Origin: Chiloscyllium plagiosum
Lineage: Eukaryota
Assembly (NCBI RefSeq): GCF_004010195.1
Contig: NC_057718.1
Span: forward strand, 18,809,472 to 18,829,471
Direction of reading: 5' to 3'
DNA: 20,000 nucleotides
The notes below the pieces were generated by a model. The model was not told the origin of the DNA. It ran no database searches and saw nothing but the letters and a program-made list of their open reading frames with translations. Below are positions 1-10,683 of this stretch, piece by piece; the first letter of the stretch is position 1, and each line of letters starts with the position of its first letter. Position numbers and translations under genes: made by a program.

Positions 1-167
1 TGTAAAGAAGATAGAAAAGAAAAACATTTTCATGTGTAATTCCTTTACATGCAGGCTTCAGAAATTCTGACATGCGTTTGTTCCAAACTATTGTATAAAA
101 CAGATGTACAGCTGAATGTGTGTACCTTATCAGCCATAGCAATTTGTTAATCTCTGCTTTTCCCTAG

Positions 168-220
168 GGGCACCGGATTGCCCCCTACACAGAGGCTTAC
201 ATTGGTATCCTGGCAATAAG
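168..220 (+). CDS. Candidate internal exon (53 nt) of an unidentified host gene
   Basis: Acceptor tctctgcttttccctAG (AG 166-167) and donor AAG|GTTAGT (221). Frame 0 reads GHRIAPYTEAYIGILAI+AG and joins in frame to the exon at 10587. A second open frame reads APDCPLHRGLHWYPGNK. No TE similarity seen. Confidence 0.55.
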
Positions 221-254
221 GTTAGTTCAGTACAGCAAATATTTCAGTACAAAC

Positions 255-350
255 ATGAGAAATATGAATAGGGGTAGGCCATTCAGTGCTTTGAATCTGC
301 TCCACCATTCAATATGATCATGATTGATCTACTTCAACACCACCTTTCCA
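255..350 (-). mobile_element. 3' tail fragment of a CR1-type LINE or LINE-tailed SINE (HER1/HE1-like)
   Basis: Reverse complement reads agatcaatcatgatcatattgaatggtggagcagattcaaagcactgaatggcctacccctattc. The same tail motif occurs at 12009-12095. Confidence 0.55.
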
Positions 351-969
351 CAATAGCACTATACCTGTTTGTTGTACCATGTGAAGTAATATTATTTCAC
401 CTTCTCCACATATTATTATCAACTGCAATTGAAATTTTAATACAATAAAATTTAATCTTATTATTATGGGATGAAATTCCCTGGAATGGATGATGTTGGT
501 TTTCTTCTTAGGAAGTCTCAAATGTGTGCTGAATCTGACAGAAAGTGGAGACTTACGTTTCCTACTTCATTACGTTAATTTTGTTTACAATTATCGATTA
601 ATTAACAGGTCAGTTTGGATCTGCTATGAGGCTTTGCTGCTCATATATTCATTCTATGATAACATTTGACATGAAGGAATACAACGTTAATATACAGATT
701 CAATTCTACAGTAAGATATCTACTAAACAATTGGGTATATTGGTTTTCTTATGTTTATGGAATATTCAAAGTAAAGGTTGAGCTTGGTCATGGACATGAC
801 TGGACTTAAGAAATTTCATTTCATGATAGTACAGAAAATTGGTTCAAGTGTGAAGCTACAGACTGTAGTTTTGTGACTGGAGAGTGGAGGTGCAAAGCAA
901 AGGCCAAGAACAACTCAACAAAGAATGGGAGGAACTGTAGTTGAGGACTTGAGAGATGAGATGGTTGTG

Positions 970-1608
970 AAGCCTAACTACCCTGGCCAACCTATTGTCT
1001 CGGCATGCTCCTGTCCCACTGAACCCATCTTATCCTACCTTGATTCCATCCTCTCCCCCTTAGTTTAGGCACTTCTCACCAACATCCACGACACCAAACA
1101 CGCCTTTCATATCTTCAGCAACTTCCAGTTCCCCGGCCCACAGCACCTTCTCTTCACTATGAACATGCAATCCTTCTACATGTCTCTACCCCTCAAGGAG
1201 TAGGGCTGCCAGGCCCTCTGCTTCTTCCTCTCCAATAGACCCATCCAGTTCCCCCATCACCAATAACCTCCTCCATCTCGCCGAACTGGTCTTCACCCTC
1301 AATAACTTTTCCTTTAATCTTCCTATTTCCTCCAAGTCCAGGAGGTGGCCATGGGTACCCGGATGGGCCCCAGCTATGCCTGCTTCTTTGTCGGACATAT
1401 CCAACAGTGCCTCTTCAGTACCTATACAGTACCCCAACTTTTCCACCATCACATTGATGACTGCATCCATGCAACGTCCTGTACCAAAGCTGAACTGGAG
1501 CAGTTCATCAACTTCGCCCACACCTGCCCTCAAATTCACTTAGTCCATCTCGGTCACCTTCCTCCCCTTTCTTGACCTCACCATTTCCATTTCTAGTGAC
1601 AGTCTCTA
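970..1608 (+). mobile_element. Older Penelope-like element, decayed RT (5' part)
   Basis: Translates KPNYPGQPIVSACSCPTE..LDSILSPLV*..FTMNMQSFY..LAELVFTLNNFSF..GVAMGTRMGPSYACFFVG..HHIDDCI..LPFLDLTISIS. These are PLE RT motifs with stops and frameshifts. Confidence 0.9.
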
Positions 1609-2247
1609 TAGTTTACATCCGTTACTCCCAATGCGGTCTCCTCTACAATGGGGAGACAGAACACCTACTCACAGAGCGTTTCAGAGAACATGTCCGGGAC
1701 ACCCACACCAACCAACCCCACCGCCCGGTGGCCGAACACTTCAACTCCCCCTCCCACTCTGCCGAGGACATGCAGGTCCTGGGCCTCCTCCATCACCACT
1801 CCCTTACCAGCCGACGTCTGGAAGAAGAACGCCTCAGCTTCCACTTTGGGACCCTCCAACCCCAGGGTATCAATGTGGATTTCACCAGCTTCCTCATTTC
1901 CCCTGCCCCCACCTTCACCCAGTTCCAACCTGCCAGCTCAGCACTGTCCTCATGACCTGCCCCATCTATCCATTTTCCTTCCCATCTACCTACTCCACCC
2001 TCCCCTCCAACCTATCACTTTTATCCCCACTTCCATCCACCTATTGCACTCTCAGCTACCTTCCCCCAAGCTCCACCCCCCGCCCATTTATCTCTCCACC
2101 CCTCCCAGGCTCCCAGCCTCATTCCGGATGAAGGGCTTTTGCCCGAAACGTCGATTTTCCTGCTCCTCAGATGCTGCCTGACCTGCTGTGCTTTTCCAGC
2201 AACACACTCTTGTCTCTAATCTCCAGCATCTGCAGTACTCACTTTCA
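1609..2247 (+). mobile_element. Younger Penelope 3' fragment (GIY-YIG endonuclease + 3' UTR/pLTR) nested in the older PLE
   Basis: VYIRYSQCGLLYNGETEHLLTERFREH..VAEHFNSPSHS..RRLEEERL.F.FGTLQPQGINVDF is a GIY-YIG domain. It is followed by a C-rich UTR and a hammerhead motif, and is closely similar to 14190-14770. Confidence 0.9.
2125..2152 (+). ncRNA. Minimal hammerhead ribozyme motif (PLE-type), U4G variant
   Basis: CGGATGA-A-GGGC-TTTT-GCCC-GAAAC-GTC. The core CUGAUGA has one substitution; the 4-bp stem II, GAAA and GUC cleavage triplet are intact. Confidence 0.7.
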
Positions 2248-2480
2248 CTTGGATGTTTACTATAAACCTACCGACTCCTATAACTATCTGGACAGCAACT
2301 CCTTCCACCCAGTATCCTGCAAGAACTCCATCCATTTTCTCAATTCCTCATCCTCCACCGCACCTGCTCAGAAGAGAAGACATTCCACTCCCAAGCATCC
2401 CAGATGTCCACCTATTTTGAACGACGTGCTTTTCTTCCCTCCATCATCCAGACAGCCCTCTGCCGCACCACCTCCTATTA
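2248..2480 (+). mobile_element. Older Penelope RT, continuation after the nested insertion
   Basis: LDVYYKPTDSYNYLDSNSFHPVSCKNSI..SQFLILHRTCS..FHSQASQM. It resumes in register from ...ISISSDSL at 1608. Confidence 0.85.
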
Positions 2481-2618
2481 ATGTTCCTTGTCCATATTTG
2501 TTGCCACAACCCAAATGTATCAACCATCTCACACAATGATGCCTGCTTTAGTGCATGACCTGCTGCACATGATTCATTGTCCATATAACTTGACAGCCCT
2601 GTCGACATGAATGTGCAG

Positions 2619-4291
2619 TGTGGAACAGGACATGGAAGGTATAGAATGTAAGGAAATTGATGGTGACATCATGAAAAATTTCCTTATTACAGAGGAGGAA
2701 GTGCTGGATGTCTTGAAATGCATAAAAGTGGATAAATTCCCAGGACCTGATCAGAACTCTGTGGGAAGCTAGGGAAGTAATTGCTGGGCCTCTTGCTAAG
2801 ATATTTGTATCATCGATAGTCACAGGTGAGGTGCCGGAAGACTGGAGGTTGGCTAACGTGGTGCCACTGTTTAAGAAAGGTGGTAAGGACAAGCCAGGAA
2901 ACTATAGACCGGTAAGTCTGACGTCGATGGTTGGCTAGTTGTTGGAGGGAATCCTGATGTACTGGATGTACATGTATTCCAAAAGACAAGGACAGATTAG
3001 GGACAGTCAACATGGTTTTGTGCATGGAAAATCATGTCTCAAAAACCTGACTGATTTTTTTGAATAAGTAACAAAGAGGATTGATGAGGGCAGAACGGTG
3101 GATGTGATCTATATAGACTTCAGTAAGGTTTTCAACAAGGTTCCCCATGGAAGACTGGTTAGCAAGGTTAGAACTCATGGAATACAGGGAGAACTAGCCA
3201 TTTGGATAAAGAACTGTCTCAAAGGTAAAAGACAGAGGGTGGTGGTGGAGGGTTGTTTTTCAGACTGGAGGCCTGTGACCAGTGGAGTGACACAAGGATT
3301 GGTGCTGGGTCCACTACTTTTCATTATTTATATAAATGATTTGGATGTGCGCATAAGAGGTATAGTTAGCAAGTTTGCAAATGACACCAACATTGGAGGT
3401 GTAGTGGACAGTGAAGAAGGTTATCTCAGATTACAACAGATCTTGACCAGATGGGCTGAGAAGTGGCAGATGGAATTAATTTAGGTAAGTGTGAGGTGCT
3501 GCATTTTGGTAAAGCAAATCTTAGCAGGACTTATACACTTAATGATAAGGTCTTAGGGAGTGTTGGTGAACAAAGCAACCTTGGAGGTTTGTAGCTCCTT
3601 GAAAGTGGAGTTGCAGGTAGATAGGATAGTGAAGAAGGCGTTTGGTATGCTTTCCTTTATTGGTCAGAGTACTGAGTACAGGAGTTGGGAGGTCATGTTC
3701 CGGCTGTACAGGACATTCGTTAGGCCACTGTTGGAATATTGCATGTAATTCTGGTCTCCTTCCTGTTGGAAAGATGTTGTGAAACTTGAAAGGGTTCAGA
3801 AAAGATTTACAAGGATGTTGCCGGGGTTGGAGGATTTGAGCTATGGGGAGAGGTTGAATAGGCTAGGGCTGTTTTCCCTGGAGCGTCAGAGGCTGAGGGG
3901 TGACCTTATAGAGGTTTACAAAATCATGAGGGGCATGGATAGGACAAATAGACAAAGTATTTTTCCTGGGGTGGGAGGGACCAGAACTAGAGGGAATAGG
4001 TTTAGAGTGAGAGGAGAAAGATATAAAAGAGATCTAAGGGGCAATGTTTTCACACAGAGGGTGGTACATGTATGGAATGAGCTGCCAGAGGAAGTGGTGG
4101 AGTCTGTTACAATTACAACATTTAAAAGGCATCTGGATGGGTATATGAATAGGAAGGGTTTGGAGGGATATGGGCCAGGTACTGGCGGGTGGGACTAGAT
4201 TGGGTTGGGATATCTGGTCGGCATGGATGAGTTGGACAGAAGGGTCTGTTTCCGTGCTGTACACCTCTATACTCTATGACTCTATGACTCT
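2619..4291 (+). mobile_element. 5'-truncated CR1 LINE (RT ORF2 3' half, 3' UTR, tail)
   Basis: DWRLANVVPLFKKG..PGNYRPVSLTS, DVIYIDFSKVFNKVPH, TSGVTQGLVLGPLLFIIYINDLD, SKFANDT, LERVQKRFTRM, RLRGDLIEVYKIM, FTQRVVHVWNELP. It ends in a (ctatgact)n tail at about 4267-4291 and has several frameshifts and stops. Confidence 0.95.
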
Positions 4292-4319
4292 TTGGAATGA
4301 GCAACCACAGCTTCCCAGA

Positions 4320-5260
4320 TCAACTGTAGGCCTCTCAGTGAGCTTGTAATATATTCACATCCAGAATTGACTGCAAAACTGGTTAAAGCATACATTGTTC
4401 AAAAGGATCACCTCAGGGGTGCCATGTGTTGCAAATCGCTACTTGAAAGTTGCTTGTAACTTACGTGTAATTTCAAGTGCCTTCTAGGACCATACAGTTG
4501 CATTGCTGGCTGTAGACAGCATTTCCTCAACTACAGTTCACTATTTGATAATATAGCGACATATGTCCTGATGTCTCACTTAAATTTCATGAGATAACCA
4601 TTGACCTAAGTATCAGCTTGCTAAAAAATTAGGTCTGGATCACTAAGTTTTTCTTGGAACACTTTGTGGGTTTCTTCTATTGTAGGCTATTCTACCTCAT
4701 CAACCTCTTTGTGTATATAGCTATTTTGATTTTTTACTTTTCTGAAACTGTGTCCCACTTTCGCACATTTTCTGAAAGTCATCTATTATGTGACAGACAA
4801 AACATTCACTTTGAAAAGTGGGGCATTGTCTGTGCCTGAGAGGCCTCCTTGCTCCACCATGCTGATGAAGATCTTTAGTGTCTAGTGCATGTCTTATACC
4901 ATTGTCATAGTTGCTTACATGTTTTGTTGTGATTTTGTACCTCAAGAATTGAATGGACTCTGCTGTCGCTTGTGCCAAGATTGAATCTCTCCTCTTAGGA
5001 TTGCTTGTTGTGTTTTCAGACAGCTGCATCACTTACCATGTGAATGGCTTTCTCAAGAGACAGGTCTTCTTTAGATTGCAATAAATCTGACAAAGACTTA
5101 TCAGCAATTCCCACAAAAGTTCTGTCTCTTATGTATTCTCATTTTAAATTATCATAATTGTAATGCTACAATAGCACTAGTCTGTGGAGATCCTTAATGA
5201 AATCATTAATGGATTCCCCATGATGATGAACTCTTTTAAGAAACTTATTTTATCATTTAT
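4320..5260 (-). mobile_element. Highly decayed, internally deleted Ty3/Gypsy LTR retrotransposon (gag, Zn knuckle, protease, integrase remnant)
   Basis: Minus-strand translation: FLKRVHHHGESINDFIKDLHRL..NLK*EYIRDRTFVGIADKSLSDLLQSKEDLSLEKAIHM (gag); QCPTFQSECFVCHIIDDFQKMC (degenerate CCHC); VNGYLMKFK*DIRTYVAILS (~FKLDTGADV protease); LYGP; then FATHGTPEVILLNN and FAVNSGCEYITSS (integrase core). Confidence 0.75.
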
Positions 5261-6163
5261 ATTAAGGTTTTCTATCAGTAGGCAAAATTCATGAGGATAA
5301 TGGGTGGATCCATCCCAGAAATCCCAGAACCACCTCAAAAATCGATTCATGGTGGCAATTAATCAAACAAATGCTGTTAACATAAATGGAATAGTTACAA
5401 TCTCTGAGAAGCTGTTCATCCTATTCGAGGCTGGTTCACTCTTCTGTTTGCTGCTGATAAGCTCATACAGAGCCTAATGCCCCCTATATATCAAAACAAA
5501 CACAGAAGCCAATGTTATCGCATAATTCACCTAATAAAGGTGTTGGTGAGAATGAAAAAGGAGCATTTGGAAAACAAAAGGTAGTACCTGAAAATCAATA
5601 AGAGGATCTTGAGAAAGTCTCAAGTTGAACCTTTGACAAAAATAAATGACCCCTATTTTCGGTACTTCTTCAAAGATATTTGTTGTTTCTTTTACAACTT
5701 GACAAACATTAACACTGTAAGCTGTACCAATTGTATTTAAAAAGTCCCATAACTTGTTCAACTTCTGATTTATTATATAATCTAGAAACAATTCTGTACC
5801 TTAAGATTATTTGTACAGAATGTCCAAATTTATGTTCTATTTGACCCAACTCTGAAATTAAATCTTCCTGACAATATTATTTCCAATGTCTTCCTAATGC
5901 ACTTATTTACTTTACTTGTTTGAAAGGCTTTTATTTTGCTGTAACAGCAATGTTCATGTTTTGTGTTGCCCTACGGGAGGGTTTCTCCACATTTTACAAG
6001 CAAAATGGAGCTTTCCCGCCCTCTCAAGGCAAAAACAAATTTCCACAATTTTCAGATGGAATTAACGATTCCTGTCTTTTTCATGGCTTCACTGAATTGT
6101 TCCCATTTTCTTAACAGCTTTACTAACTGGATCCTAGTTATCTGCAGCTGCAATCATTCCTGA

Positions 6164-6702
6164 CATCTGGATAACAAGGATACATCTGTCAGGCTCCTAC
6201 TTATTAACTACAGCTCCACCTTCAAGATTATAATTCTAACCAAGCTAGTTTCCAAAGTCTAAGACCTTGGTCTCTGCTCCACCTTCTGCAACTGGATCCT
6301 CAACCTCCTGATCCACAGACTGCAATCAATGAGATTAGGCAACAGCACCTCCTCCACAACAATCCTCAATACTGGTACCCCACAATACTGCATACTCGGT
6401 CCCTTACTATATTCTCTGTCCACTCATGACTATGTGGTCAAACTTTGTCCTAACTCTACCTACTAATTTGCTGACAATACCACCATTGTAGGCCAGATCT
6501 CAAACAATAACAAGACAGAATACAGGAAAGAGATGGAGTGTTTGGTGGCATGGTGTAAAGATAACAATCTTTATGCCAACAAAATGAAACAACTGGACAT
6601 TGACTTCAGGAAGCAAGATGGAAGGCATGCCCCTATCTAAATCAATGGATCTGGGGTGGAGATGGTCAAGACCGTCAATTTTCTAGAAGTGTTGATCACC
6701 AA
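6164..6702 (+). mobile_element. Rex1/Babar non-LTR retrotransposon, RT part 1
   Basis: [81 protein letters not shown], with stops. Confidence 0.85.
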
Positions 6703-6777
6703 ACATTTGTCTTGCGTTGAGAGTATGGTGCTGGAAAAGCACAGCAGATCAGGCAGCATCTGAGGAGCAGGAGAATT

Positions 6778-6805
6778 GATGTTTCAGGCATAAGCCCTTC
6801 ATCAG
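6778..6805 (-). ncRNA. Minimal hammerhead ribozyme motif, minus strand
   Basis: Reverse complement reads CTGATGA-A-GGGC-TTAT-GCCT-GAAAC-ATC. The CUGAUGA and GAAA cores are intact, stem II has a G-U closing pair, and the triplet is AUC. Confidence 0.65.
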
Positions 6806-6810
6806 GATTC

Positions 6811-6838
6811 CTGATAAAGAACTTATGCCTGAAACGTC
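6811..6838 (+). ncRNA. Degenerate hammerhead ribozyme motif, plus strand
   Basis: CTGATAA-A-GAAC-TTAT-GCCT-GAAAC-GTC. It has G8A and a disrupted stem II, so is probably inactive. Confidence 0.5.
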
Positions 6839-6935
6839 GATTCTCCTGCTCCACGGATACTACCCGACCTGCTGTGCTTTTCCAGCACCACACTCTCGAC
6901 TCTGATCTCCAGCATCTGCAATCCTCACTTTCTCC

Positions 6936-7526
6936 TAATAATCTGTCCTGGTCCACCATGTTGATGCAATTGTTAAGAAAGCATAGCAATGCCTCTACTT
7001 CCTCAGGAGGCTCAGGAAATTTGACGTGTCCATAAAGACGCTAAACAATTTGAAAGATGTACCATAGAAAGCATTCTATCCAGATGCATCATGGCAACTG
7101 TGCTGCCCAAGACTGTAAGAAACTACTGAGAGTTCTGAATACAGCCCAGTCCATCATGCAAGCCAACCTTCCATCCATTGACTCCATCTATACTTCTTGC
7201 TGCCTCAGAAAGCCAGCCAATGTAGTCAAAGACCTCTCTCACCCTGGTTATAATCTCTTCTAACCTCTTTAATCATGCAGAGGTACAAAAGCTTAAACAT
7301 ATGAACCAACAGTTTCAAGAACAGCTTCTTCCCTGCCTCTCAAATTTTAAATGTAATGTTGATCTCGCTCTTTGTGCACCTTCTCTGCAGCTGCAACATT
7401 TTATTCTTCACTCTGTTCTACCACCCTATTGCATTTTGTATGGTATGGTCTGCCCACAAAACCAAACTTTTCACTATACCTAGGTACGTGTGACAATAAT
7501 AAATCAAAGCAAGACAAAATCAAATC
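6936..7526 (+). mobile_element. Rex1/Babar part 2 (ORF C-terminus, 3' UTR, tail)
   Basis: NNLSWST..VDAIVKKA*QCLYFLRRLRKF..CTIESILS..DLSHPGYNLF..FKNSFFPA. It ends gtgacaataataaatcaaagc..aatcaaatc. Confidence 0.85.
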
Positions 7527-8362
7527 TATTTAGCTTTAATAAATGATGCCCTCCTTATACAGTTCATGGTTTTGCTCAATGCCTCTGGCTTTGACATCAT
7601 TGCTTGAACAGATCAACCCCAATACTTTATTGTTTCATTCTGACTGATCCCCATGTCTGCACCTTCATTTCTTCCTCAACTTTCAGGATGATTCCTGTTC
7701 TCTGTATTTTAAGTAAATGCTTTCAACCTTCAATATTGTTTTAATGACATTTCTCCCACTTTCTGCAGACATAATAAAGTGTCCTAACTCTCCTTATCCA
7801 CTAGATCAGGGCTGCTTAGGCTTCTGGGAGCTGCTCCTTTGTCACTTGAATTCTCATTTTATAACATCCTCAGGTCTGTGACCTTGGTTTAAATTGCTTT
7901 TATGGCCCTTGATTTCCCTTGCTGTAGCTTTACTTCATGATGCCCACCCACTATGGGAGTAATGCTCAATCCACGTTGTAAGTATTTTTTTTATTTTCCA
8001 CTTTCCCAGCCTGGAGTCATGATCATTTTTAAAGGTTTCCCATTGCCCACCAGGGATTTTAATTTTAGTCAAGGAACCTCAATGTCTATTCACTCTCTGG
8101 CAGACCACTATCATAAGATGCAGTCTGTACTTGCTTTGGAAAAACTAATTCTCCTCTCAGGGAATGCCCAACTCTCTTGCTGCAGCACGCCTCCTACCAG
8201 ATCTGAAATGTTTTTGCTATTGATCGCAGGTTCTTGTTTTTGGAATCTTGTAACAAGTGTTTCTTGTGTGTGGTTCTTAAATGCTCAGCTCTTCTGCTGA
8301 CTGTCTGAGTGAAGACGTATCTCAAAGTTGGGTCTAAAAAGGCTGAAAAATCTTTAGACCTT

Positions 8363-8376
8363 CACCGCCGCCACCA
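8363..8376 (-). promoter_or_regulatory. Primer-binding site complementary to the tRNA-Leu 3' end
   Basis: Minus strand reads TGGTGGCGGCGGTG immediately after ...ATGACA. This is a 13/14 match to TGGTGGCAGCGGTG, the reverse complement of the vertebrate tRNA-Leu(AAG/TAG) 3' end with CCA (tRNA sequence recalled from memory). Confidence 0.6.
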
Positions 8377-8646
8377 TGTCATACGAGGCAACTAAATAAA
8401 ACTGATCCACTGCTCACCATGTCGTTTGTACAGCTAAACTTAGCTATACAGCTAAAATGTCTGCACCTCACCACATGGAAGTTTGCTGTCATCATCCTCT
8501 TTACATGTCTGGAGTATCTTTGGTCTAGTGTGGTGGAGGAAACCACTTCTTGGCTAACCAGACAAGAGTCTTGCATTGAACAAAATATACATTAGTGCAT
8601 GCTAGCAACTAGTTAAGGTTATATTGTTGTAGCGGATATTGTTACA
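8377..8646 (-). mobile_element. Putative 5' LTR (~270 bp) of a Gypsy-type element
   Basis: Minus strand begins TGTAAC (8646) and ends ATGACA (8377), directly followed by the PBS. No second copy is visible in the window. Confidence 0.5.
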
Positions 8647-8839
8647 GAAACTACAATGGTGATCTTAAATAATCCTAACAGTATTTTATCCCTTTGTGTT
8701 TTACTCCTCTGAGTATCTTTATTCTCAAAGGTTCATATGACATCATCAAATGATTGGTGCTTTACACACTCAATATTAACTCTTTAAGACCCTTACACCC
8801 TTATCCAACAGTGGTGACTGCAGGCTCTATCAAATCAGA

Positions 8840-9247
8840 TCAAAGTATCTTAAAGAAAAGAGTAGAAAGTGAAAGAGATTTAAAGAGGGAATTCCAGAGC
8901 TCAGAAGATAGCTGAAGGCACAGCCACCAGTGATGGGGAAATAAAATTAGGGTTGCTTATGAGATTAGAATTAGATGGCTGCAGATATTTCAAAGTTTTC
9001 TGGGATTGGAAGAAATAATAGAGTAGGGAAAGGCATGTCTATGAAAGGATTTGAAAACATTGATGTGAATTATAAAATCAATGGGTTGCTTGACCATGAG
9101 CTATGTTGGCCAGTGAGGACAAGAATGATGTGAGAATACAACATATTAGGAGCAAGGACATCAACAAAAGAGTCTTGGATGATCTTATATTTATTAACGG
9201 TAGAATGTGAGATGTTAGTCTGTTGTGCACTGGAATGGTCAAGTCTA
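8840..9247 (-). mobile_element. Old L2 LINE fragment (ORF2 C-terminus)
   Basis: The minus ORF RLDHSSAQQTNISHSTVNKYKIIQDSFVDVL..SHIILVLTGQH resembles the L2 consensus RLDYSNALLAGLP..L..IQNSAARVL..SPITPVLADLHWLP. The nucleotide motif gggaattccagagc..gctgaaggcacagccacca also fits. Confidence 0.7.
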
Positions 9248-9296
9248 CTTCTCATTACACCATTTGACTAATAATAATTATTACTTAAGTATCCAT

Positions 9297-9418
9297 AAGC
9301 AACCTGTTTAGACATGTTAGGACACACCTGTAAGGTATGGCTGCCTATTGAGTTGGAATTGAACCCAAACCTTCTGAATGAAAAGAAGGGACAAAAGATC
9401 TGTGCCTCAACAGCCCCT
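9297..9418 (-). mobile_element. Short tRNA-derived SINE, diverged copy
   Basis: Shares aacctgtttagacatgtta..acacacct..ttgaaccc..ccttctg..gggac with 11254-11361. B-box-like GGTTCAATTCC on the minus strand. Confidence 0.5.
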
Positions 9419-9599
9419 TAAGGTATCCTATATCCTGACTTTAACTACCTTTCCTTTAACTACTCAAGCTGTCAATCTTTATCTGTTCAAAATTATCCTT
9501 CTAGCTCTGATCCTGTATCCTCTTGTACCTCCAGCCCTTCTCCATTAGTTCATCCTCACAGAAAGCCTTCCCACTGGTGGTAGAGTATAGACAATACAC

Positions 9600-9858
9600 T
9601 CACTAATAAATCAAACACAAAAGTTAGGATAAGCAACTTTACTCAGAAAGTTCTGCAAGGATAGAACTTGCTAGCATATGCACTGGTTGAGGTAAATGAC
9701 AAGATGCAATTAAGGGGCAGCTAAATAGCTACACAATGAAGTAGGGAATACATGATCATGTTAATAAGGTAATAGAAAGACAGGAAAGTGGCTTATGGTG
9801 AGCACCAAAACTTGTATAGGGCTGACCGGCCTGTTTCTGTGATGTCAATTTGAAGTAA
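9600..9858 (+). mobile_element. Ancient CR1 3' end
   Basis: tttactcagaaagtt..tggttgagg..gatgcaattaaggggcagctaaat..ggcctgtttctgtgatgt resembles the CR1 ORF2 end and 3' UTR; very diverged. Confidence 0.55.
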
Positions 9859-9902
9859 TCCTTTGTGAATTGGGCATGAAGCTCAACTCTTCCTCCTGCA
9901 TT

Positions 9903-10268
9903 ACTTTATTCTTTCATGAGATGTGGACATCACTGATTCCTAATTTGCCACCGAACTGAATGGTTTGCTAGGACATTTTAGCTAGCAGAGAAAATCCTCC
10001 ACATTTCTGTGGACTTGGAGTCACATGCCAGTCAGACCAGGAAAGGAAAACGGATCTCTCTCCCTAAAATGCAGTAATGAACCAGATGAGTTTTTATGAC
10101 AATCAACGATTGTTTCATGGTCACCATTACTAAGACTAACTTTCAATTCCAGGCTTCTAATTAACTGAATTCAAATTTCACCAGCTGCTGTGGTGGGATT
10201 TGAACTTATGTCCCCAAGGCGTTGACATGATGCTCTGGAAAACCAGGCCAGTGACATCACCATCATGC
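9903..10268 (-). mobile_element. tRNA-derived SINE (same family as 11871-12352), diverged
   Basis: Shared blocks ccacatt.ctgt.ga..tggagt.a.atg, cagaccagg.aagga, tcatggtca.catta, tgaattcaaatt. B-box-like ggatttgaac at about 10196. Confidence 0.7.
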
Positions 10269-10586
10269 TCACCTTTAGAGTTTGTGTAATGTCTTTATGC
10301 TGCAGCTGTACATGGGGATGAATTTACCTGACCAGTTGACTCTACAGCTTCAAAATGACCTCTGAAAACTGGTGAAATATGTTTTGTCTTCCACTGTGCA
10401 TGAATAATTTTATTATTCCATAGGAACATCCAATAAAATAGTGTTGATGAAGACCTAAACACAGAAGAATTTCTTGCAACTGCCAGTCAATATTCATACT
10501 GAGAAATCTAGTGCTGGTGTGTTTTATGATGGAGCCACAGTAATAAATTTCAGTTAGGCCGGCAGGTAGATTTAATTACTTCTCAG

Positions 10587-10683
10587 CCTGTGCTTCTCCG
10601 AGTTTGACGAGCAGAGGACTGAATGTGTGGCCTTTATCAAGTCAAGTGTGCAGGAGTCCTTGGAGAGAAGACCAGTCTCAGAT
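10587..10683 (+). CDS. Candidate internal exon (97 nt) of the unidentified host gene
   Basis: Acceptor taattacttctcAG and donor GAT|GTGAGT. After 1 nt it reads LCFSEFDEQRTECVAFIKSSVQESLERRPVSD (phase 2 to 0). CpGs are retained and it is phase-compatible with exon 168-220. Confidence 0.6.

Larger units (their letters stand above)
6703..6935. mobile_element. Palindromic non-autonomous Penelope-derived insertion (head-to-head pLTR ends)
   Basis: Arms 6716-6807 and 6809-6900 are ungapped reverse complements (79/92 by manual count) centred on 6808. The sequence matches the PLE 3' ends at 2120-2247 and 14683-14770. It interrupts the Rex1 ORF at IT|NNLSW. Confidence 0.9.

Noticed and set aside
1631..2181. 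Long Pro/Ser/Thr-rich ORFs (also 13443..14321 and 14114..14512)
   Set aside because: These are mostly alternative frames of C-rich Penelope sequence, not independent genes.
5031..5040. Strong minus-strand splice donor ATG|GTAAGT next to ORF 4721..5032
   Set aside because: The surrounding translation matches Gypsy gag with in-frame stops, not a host exon.
5531..6163. Short ORFs, a possible Zn-knuckle/protease echo
   Set aside because: The motifs are too degenerate to assign by eye.
7928..7977. Candidate 50-nt exon (tag|LYFMMPTHYGSNAQST|gtaagt), phase-compatible with the alternative frame of exon 168-220 and with exon 10587
   Set aside because: It lies in the presumed internal region of the minus-strand LTR element, and the direct 220>10587 join gives a more protein-like peptide. 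Not fully excluded; RNA-seq would decide.
8367..8378. Perfect Kozak-like gccgccaccATG
   Set aside because: It is the reverse complement of the LTR end/PBS junction, and the frame closes after a few codons (MSYEATK*).
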